Of a stretch of DNA of 64,000 nucleotides, positions 56,228-64,000 are shown piece by piece. Position 1 is the first letter of the stretch, and every line of letters begins with the position of its first letter. Position numbers and translations under genes: made by a program. The stretch is taken from NCBI RefSeq assembly GCF_964204865.1, contig NC_135254.1:24118001-24182000 (forward strand), given 5' to 3'. The stretch comes from Styela clava. Its lineage: Eukaryota. The notes beneath the pieces were generated by a model that was not told where the DNA came from, did no database searches, and saw only the letters and a list, made by a program, of their open reading frames with translations.

Positions 56228-56695
56228 CAGTAGTTCCCAAACTTTTTTGTGCCATCGCCTCCCTGCAGTAATTTACACAACATCATCGCCCCCCGGCACC
56301 ACAAAAAAATTGAAAAAAAAAGTCAGAAACGAATATATTACAACAGACCAAATAAACAAAAAGACAACTCATGGTTTTTTATCATTTTATCTAAATGTAA
56401 TACATTTTTCAAACCTTTTAAAGTGCAATAGCAAAAGAATACTTGAAAAAAAAAACTTCGGGAATTAAATGAAACGCAAAGTACACGAAAAAGGTTTGAA
56501 GAAAAATGCGAGATGCAATATTTCTGCGTTTCTCAAAATTCTGAAGCACATTGTTTAATTTGTCACATTTCCAATAGTACAATAAAAGAATACAATATAA
56601 GTAGACATTATCAAAATAAGCTCAGCAGTCAATATGAAAAATTTGAAGATCAACTTCGAACAGAAAAGTTTTTATGTGTTTGTAAATTATTATAA
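56228..56695 (+). mobile_element. hAT left end and N-terminal transposase remnant
   Basis: CAGTAGTTCCCAAACTTTT terminus at 56228; MKRKVHEK...QYFCVSQNSEAHCLICHISNSTIKEYNISRHYQNK resembles the same BED-like hAT N-terminus as at 3530-3720. Confidence 0.65.
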
Positions 56696-57844
56696 TAATT
56701 ATACAACTACCTAGTTACTAAAAATCAATATCAATCATAACTCGGTCCTATGCCACGTAATGGTAGGAAATAACGCGGAAAATGTCAGGTCCGAAAAGTC
56801 AGTCATTTGTTTGTTTACTGATCTATACATGAAATGATAAACGTAATATCTTTGCATTACTGAAATTAATCGAATATTCTCAACGATCCAGATTAACCGA
56901 TGATCATGTCACCTCGTTAATTAGAGATGGTACTGTGAAATCATTTCCCCCTGATATTAGTAAGCTGGTGGCACAAAAGAATTGCCAAACGTCAGGACAT
57001 ATGAAATGAAAAAGATTGAGTTTATTCTGTAGTATGTTTGTAAATTTCAGGTCTAAATATTTAGATTGAGTCGTTTTTAGTGTATGCATTATTTTTTCCT
57101 TATCAAAACTTTGTTCGAAAATGTTTTGGATAGTTGTACATAAAAATTTATGATTTTTTGTAATAAATACAGTAAATTGCAATAAAAGTGAAATGCAAAA
57201 ATTAATATGTAAATGGGATTTGAAATTCAAGAAAATAACAAAACTAGAAAGTGGAACAAAAACACGGCAACAGCAATGTAAGCCAGCAATGTTACTACGT
57301 CGATTAAATGCTGAAAATAATTTAGTGCAATAAACTGTGAAAATAACAAACTAAGAAACAGCAGGAAGACAGATTCACTGAATGCAATACTAGTTATCAT
57401 TAATTTATTTGCCTTAAGCAGATTGTTTACTCAACTGATAGGGTTTGTTTTACCCAATACAGTATTTGCTAATTTAATAAAATATGTTGTCAACCTGCCT
57501 GGTGCGTTGGTCGTAAACTTCAGGAACCCATTTCTACAGCTGCAATAACCATTTCTACCACTTTATTGTTTCTATCATATTCTATTTCGTCGTTTTTCGT
57601 GAGATATATTTGTCTATGTCGTACTTTGTGCATGTAGACTGGGTATTTCACCGACTGCAAAAGACTTCAATCAAGATCAAAGTTTCCGAGTTGTTAATTT
57701 CGAGAAACCTGACAGGTTATAAGATTAAGAAAATAAAGAGCCAAAGGGGTCACCGCCCGACACGTTCTGACGTTATACACTTATAGGCTTCTTGTAAAGA
57801 CTCATCACAAAGTGGCCTATATTCTGAAATATGGTTCCATTATC

Positions 57845-58350
57845 TTTGAACCCACGTACATTTGCACCCGTAATTTGAACCCAGGACAATTGCACCTGCA
57901 TACTATTGCACCTATGGACATTTGCACCTACGGGACATTTGAACCCATACATTTCCACCCATGGATTTTAGCACCCGCATATAGATTGAACCCGCGGACA
58001 TTTGAACCCATGTACATTTGCACCCGCGTACATTTGAACTCATGTCGATTTGCACCCGCATATAGATTGGACCTATGTACATTTGCACCCTGGAGATTTG
58101 TACCCGTGTACAGTTCAACCCATGAACATTTGCACCTGCGTACATTTGAACCCATGTACATTTGCACCCTGGACATTTACACCCCCCTGCCCCCCCCCCC
58201 CCCCCCATGTACATTTGCACCCTGGACATCTACACCCGCATACATTTGAACCCGCATACATTTGCACCCGCGTACTTTTACACCCACGTACAATTGCACC
58301 CACAGACATTTGCATCCATGAACATCTATACCCATGGGCATTTGCATTCA
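57845..58350 (+). repeat. minisatellite array, ~19-20 bp unit (consensus ~TACATTTGCACCCG/TTTGAACCC)
   Basis: Repeated CATTTG(C/A)ACCC units; explains the overlapping repetitive ORFs in the track, which are not genes. Confidence 0.9.
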
Positions 58351-58829
58351 CGGATATTAGCGTACTGTATTTACATATACACCCTTATCCTTCCATTCTA
58401 TATAGGGTACACTCAGAATTCTTTCTCCCAATACATACGTTGCGAAAACAATCACTATAACCATGGAATTCTTGATTATATACTCGAAAGCTTTTTAAAA
58501 CTATTTTTTGGTCGTATATATTTATATTATACTTCGTCTGTCATTTTCGTTGCAATTGTCAATATTATAAGACTCAATCGACAAAATGTTCTACGGTGGA
58601 ATGCGAGCCAAAATTGGGAGTATGATTTGTGTTTTAAACGGTCAACAACTCTTGAAGTGGGCAGGGGTGCCAATCGAGCAAGGATTTTAATTGATGTGTT
58701 AGTTCCATCCCGCACAAAGTTTTTCCTCGCATCAATGCCCTTTTTCCCTCGCTGACAATTCCAAACTGTTTCTTTAGGACGTTGCCGCTGCGAAGATGAC
58801 AAGTCCTTTTGCGAAAATAAGTTGGAAAC

Positions 58830-60062
58830 ATGGCGCTTACATTTTTCAAGACCTCAAGAGGAAACGGCTTACTGATCTACAAAGGCCGCGAATATTGTAA
58901 GCGAAATGATCGGGTTTCAGAAGAACTAGGATATCACAGTCATTCTGGCGACAGCATTAACACGGAAGTTGGGATCGTTCGTGCACCATTAAAACAAACA
59001 GCATCAACACTATCGAATACATAGACAAGATTTATATTTAAGTATTGAATAACAGATCAACAGATGTACTCATGCGCTTGCTAAGCAATTCGACTCTGGA
59101 GGCAAGTATACAAAGAGTGTAGGGCGTCAGAAAAAATGTTCTAGAAAAAGTATTAGCTTTAATATTTCGAGCAAATATTCAGATATCATTTTGCATACAG
59201 GCCTGGAGGATCGTCATCGGATAATTGCCATTGGAGATCGATCACTACTTGCACATCTAGATGGTGACACATATCTTAGCGACGGTTCATTTGATGTGAG
59301 GCCCAATATATTCTTCCAGTTGTATACAATTCACTGTAGAGTGAGAGCATCCTATCCCCTCTGCGTATATTTCCTATTAGGAGACAAGAGACATACGTTC
59401 AGATGTTGAAAGTGTTAAAAATCATTTTCCCAAATGCTAACCCGACGACCAAAATCATTGTTGATTTGAGATAGCAGCTATCAATGCATTTCATGCACAA
59501 TTTCCACGGGCCGAAATTATTTTAACCTGTCACAAGCTATAATTCGAAAAGTTGGTTCTATCGGATTAAAAGAGAAGTTTGAATGTCTACCCTCTTTCAA
59601 TCTGAAAATTAAAAGTTTGGCGGCTCTGGACTTTGTTCCCATTAGCGAGGCTGCCAAAGTCTTCATCTTGCTTTCCGACACCTTCGAATATTCGCCCGAA
59701 TGCAATCAAGTTTTGCAATATTCCGAATCTACCTAAATTCGTGGACCTAAGTGGGTTCACGTCCAAGAGAAGCAAAAGTTTCCCCTCGATTGTGGAACTA
59801 TGTTGAGAATATTGAAATGATGCCTTCGGCCCTAAGAACAACAAACGCTGTAGGATTTCACAACGCATTACAAGAAATGTCCCGGTGCGAATATCCGACT
59901 ATATGGGGTTTGCTGAATGGCCTACGGCCCTATAAGAAAAGACATTGCAGTCCACAAACTGACCGCGCCAAATGCTCATGTAAGAGTTACGGCCCACCGA
60001 AGATTAAAGTATGTACAACTTGCTGTTATCTCCACTCAATAGCTCAAATGCAGTCTCTTTGA
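58830..60062 (+). pseudogene. decayed FLYWCH-MULE (Mutator) transposase
   Basis: MALTFFKTSRGNGLLIYKGREY (FLYWCH start), HSH, YLSDGSFDVRPNIFFQLYTIH...CVYFLL (MULE first Asp), VD..IAAINAF, LWN...RTTNAV.GFHN...PTIW; broken by stops and frameshifts. Confidence 0.85.
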
Positions 60063-61277
60063 TTATGACTTTGATCGTGATATCGTGAAATTCGTTTATC
60101 GTCAGTATTCCGATTTGTTGTTTTAACTATTGTATATAATATCATAATTAATAAATTCCTATTTTGTAAAACGTCCATAGCTACTATATCTCAAATCGCC
60201 TTGATCGCTCATTTGACACACACAGGTAAGCTAAGCATCCATGACTGATAAATTTATTGGGATATTAAAATAAATGTAATCCGCAACCTATGACGTCGTT
60301 TGTAAATTGCAATATCGTATTTGGTAGACCCTATTTGCTGAATATGTTCGATCTACTCTAAATAGCGTAAACATCAAGAACCATTTTGGCCACGATAATC
60401 CTTTGACTTTTAAAATTTCTTCGCTTTCGAATATTCAACAAATTTGCATGACTTACGATTTCTATGCATAATTTTATTCTGACATTCTAATGAAACAATA
60501 CTTCAATAAAACTGGCATTTGGCTATGAACATGTTGTTACAAAAATGGCATAGTTTCAATATCTTAATTCCATATTTTGTAAGAAACAATGAATCTGTAC
60601 GGTTATTAATTTATATACAGAAAATAGTATTCAATTTATTGACTGGTTTCAAAAAAAATGGCGAAACCAGATTTGAGACAACACTCATTTTCAACAGTAT
60701 AGCGTGGTCGTGTATGCCTACATATTACAATTTTTTTAGTAATTTTGTAAACATGCTAGCAATAAAAACATGAATTGGCCATAGAGCTCCAAAATCTCAC
60801 GCTGGGCATGATTCCATAGTAGGCTCTGTCAGAACGAAAATTTCAGAACAAATTTATAGGAGTTGACCGCTAAAAATATTATTGTGAACCACAATGTGAA
60901 GCTAGTTTTCGTAAGGCCCTCATTTAAGACTTAATGGGTCTGTGAATTTTGGAGAATAAACAGCGATAAGATATTTGTTCCATATTAGCCGAGGTTTCAG
61001 GTAATTTCCTCAACGAAATTCCGCTTTCTAGGTCATCGTCTGTTTTGGAGATCACGGCTAACGGACGAGATAAAGATTTATGAATAAATGTCAATATAAA
61101 AAAAATAGCAAAAGGAAAACGACCTTGGCAAAACAATGTTGTTTATATCGTTAAAGGGCGCCTATCACTCGGAGTACAACGACACTCAAAAATGGCTTGT
61201 TTCGTAGAAGCGGGTAAATGCTAAATGCATACCAAAACTAACTACAAGTGAAACAGGGTGGTAAGTCATGAAAACTC

Positions 61278-61570
61278 ACCCAGGACATTTGAACCTCCAT
61301 ACGTTTGCAGCCACCGACATTTGCACCTATGGATTTTAGCACCTTTGAACCCATACATCTCCACCCACGGATTTTAGCACCCGCATATAGGTTGAACCCG
61401 TGGACATTTAAACCTATGTACAATTGCACCCGCGTACATTTGAACCCATGTACATTTGAACCCACGAACATTTGCACCCGCGGACATTTGAACCCATGTG
61501 CATTTGCACCCTCGAACATTTGAACTGACGTACATTTGAACCCGCACCCATGCATATTTAAACCACGTAG
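61278..61570 (+). repeat. second array of the same ~19-20 bp minisatellite, same orientation
   Basis: Begins CCCAGGACATTTGAACC like 57880 and shares the variant unit GGATTTTAGCACCCGCATATAG.TTGAACCCG. Confidence 0.88.
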
Positions 61571-62043
61571 ATTTTCACAAAAAATGTTTGCCCCAACGGC
61601 AATTTCCAGTCGCAATTAATATTTCACTGAAGTTCTTGCAGTAGCAGTAGCAGATGACTAGCTACATGAGGAGACCAGTCATGCAATTGGCCCGGTACTA
61701 GAAATATCTGAAGTCAGAGATTAACCAAGTTTCAGCAGCAGCAGCGCAGTTGACATCATGGACGCAACCGTAAATATATGACGCAACGTCGGTCGTGAAT
61801 GAAGAGTCTGCTTCCACCAGGGGATGTAGTCAACTGGACCAATATATTCGAGAGCCAGTGATGAGTCGAGCTTTGCTTCACTGCAATCTAAGACTGTTGT
61901 TAGATTTATTTAAATGTTCCCATTTGAGCTGGCATTAAATTCTTTTTTTATAAGCGCGAGCACTGTTCGCTTGCTCAAAGTGAATTTCTATGCTTAGATA
62001 AAATTGTAACCGACTGCGTCATTTATTTTGTGGCCGTGGTTAA

Positions 62044-62541
62044 CTCTTTGAACTCTGAATCCCCAGAACGACGCTACTCTCTCACCCTGACCTCCCACGC
62101 CGTCGCATCGATTTGACCGTTAAAAAATTGTAATATCTCTAATTTTAAATCAACATAACTTCTAAACCATTAGATATCAGATGGTCTGTAATATGTCACA
62201 TAAAATCTTATCTAGTCTTTTATCTTTAACTGGCAATATTTTTTACGAGATGTTTTGATGAGATGTGTAAGTCTATTTTTAGTCCCATGTACTAATTTTT
62301 TATATGCTTTTTAATTTTGCCAATTTTCATAAGATGATCACAATATTTTATCTCAATTTTAAAATTATATTTAGTCCTGTAGATTATCTTTCACACGATG
62401 TAAAACTTGTCTAAATATAATATATGGTTCGCGAGATATGAGGTTTCAAAGTTGCATACCTTTTACGGGACTTAAAGCGGCTTTCAGCGTCAGAAGACTT
62501 TCTCGGGAAAGCCGCTATAGCGGCTTTCAGGGTTCAAAGAG
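62044..62541. mobile_element. piggyBac-type (TTAA) MITE
   Basis: TTAA|CTCTTTGAACTCTGAA ... TTCAGGGTTCAAAGAG|TTAA; TSD TTAA at 62040-62043 and 62542-62545. Confidence 0.85.
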
Positions 62542-63439
62542 TTAAGTTTCTTTAAACCTTGCCTCTTGGTGTCGAATACTGAGTGTCCTCATTTATTAAT
62601 TATTGCCAGTGAAACTTATTTTGTCAGTGCTGCAAGCACGGCGCAGGTCTGCATGTTTTCCATAGAAATTCTTTTAATCAAAAGTGACTTCTATAAACTT
62701 TTTATTGACTGCCTTGTTCTTTTTAGCGCAATTTTCCCAAACATTGCCTCCCGCGCCTTCAGTTATTGGTTGTGAACCTTTTTTTATCAATGCTGCAGCA
62801 CTCTGTACTGTTCACCTTGTTTTCGATATTTCTGTTTAATTTATTGATCGAAAGTGATAAATATCAGATTTCGGCCCCTAGTTTGTCGATATATATATCG
62901 GTGCCTGAAATGGCAATATGGGTCGACCACTAGCAAGTATATACGAGGACTAGCGAGTATGTTAGAACGCCTCAACTTGTCATATTGTCTTAATGATACA
63001 TTGAAAAATCTTGCGAACCAAATAACTAGCGGCTGACAAAGTCGAATATTTTTATAGAAAAATTGTAATGAATAGCGTTTAGTTCTAATGTACATTGAGC
63101 CCAGGTCGCGTTGAGCCCAGGTCGCCATGGGCTAGAAGACAGATTTGGTAGATTTTGTACTAATCACCGCATGTGAGATTACTCCAGCATCCGACACCTT
63201 CATGTCGGTAAACTATCTTTCTGTCAACTCCATTTTTCAAGAATTACTCCCTGTGCCGCGGCGAAGATCGGATTTTTTTTCCTTCGTTGCAAAACTCTGC
63301 GTTCATTCGATAATGTACATGCGCAAAAGTTAATATGGTATCGCAATTCGCAACCCAAAACTAGGTGTTCGGAAGACATAAGTTATTCGATTTACAACTA
63401 TCTTTTGGAAACACAGCTGAAAACTGACAAATAACACGC

Positions 63440-63560
63440 AAAACCACGAAAATGAGGCAATATTTATAGCCATGCTTAGAAATCTGTTCGAGCGGAAGAA
63501 AGTGTCTGAGCGGCTGTACAAATTGCAATTGTTACGTCATTGTTGACTTATTGCTGATTG
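63440..63560 (+). repeat. diverged interspersed repeat also present at ~42655-42780
   Basis: CGAAAA.GAGG.AAT.TTTA...GAAA.GTGTCTGAGCGG.TG...ATTGTTACGTCA...TTGCTGATTG shared between the two loci. Confidence 0.55.
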
Positions 63561-64000
63561 TTCATTCTTACGGACATAAAAAGGTAACCAATGCTCGGGG
63601 AACATCCATATCCTTCTAGCAAAAAATACGATACTGAAATTCTCAAACCAATTGGTCCAGTGGTTAATGAGTAAATCTATTTTTGCACATGAAGAAGAAA
63701 AGCAATGGATATGATTTACATATTTATCCCGGGGTTAGGGTTGCCAACTATGAAAAGTTTCAATAAAGTACACATAGATTACCGTCATCATTTATTTTGT
63801 AACTTGCAGGAAAGAACAATATCAAACTATATGAAATAAAAATCATATACAAGCTAAAAATATATATTAAAAAAATCTTCACGTGTTTTTCATTTAATGT
63901 TTATTCAACATCGACCCAAACAAGCTCTAATTTTGTTGCATAAGTATGTTATTCTTAAAGTTATATTTCTTCCGACTCTTTGCTGACTTCAGCGATTGTG

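Noticed and set aside
57773-58755. Cluster of overlapping Cys/His/Pro-rich ORFs (also 61238-61615)
   Set aside because: Open frames on both strands arise from the ~19-20 bp minisatellite; not protein-like. It is not a CRISPR array either, as there are no unique spacers and the context is eukaryotic.
58585-58800. Faint resemblance to a LINE/RTE reverse transcriptase (MFYGGMRAKI...GQGC)
   Set aside because: Too short and degenerate to call without a profile search.

Overview
AT-rich eukaryotic (invertebrate chordate-like; repeat families and gene content suggest an ascidian, which is my inference) genomic window. Four spliced protein-coding genes can be rebuilt by hand with consistent GT-AG phases: (1) a secreted LRR protein with a long acidic, Tyr-rich tail (minus, 3 coding exons, about 998 aa); (2) a head-to-head type I transmembrane LRR protein (plus, 5 coding exons); (3) a 5-exon, 287-aa YHYH-family protein with signal peptide and probable GPI signal (minus; fragmented in the ORF track); (4) ribosomal protein RPL12/uL11 (plus, 6 coding exons, 165 aa). 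The rest is non-coding DNA and transposon debris: hAT/Buster-type MITEs with 8-bp TSDs, a Merlin-like palindromic MITE, a TTAA MITE, tRNA-derived SINEs, a decayed FLYWCH-MULE, and a decayed THAP/DDE/YqaJ (ISL2EU-like) element whose first ~0.9 kb recurs as an inverted arm 8.3 kb away, ending ~80 bp from the RPL12 promoter. The most interesting signals are at RPL12: a 5'UTR multibranch element that appears conserved with the human RPL12 5'UTR (possible uL11-site mimic), and a set of nested helices in intron 1 whose outer part is only visible once an inserted MITE is removed.
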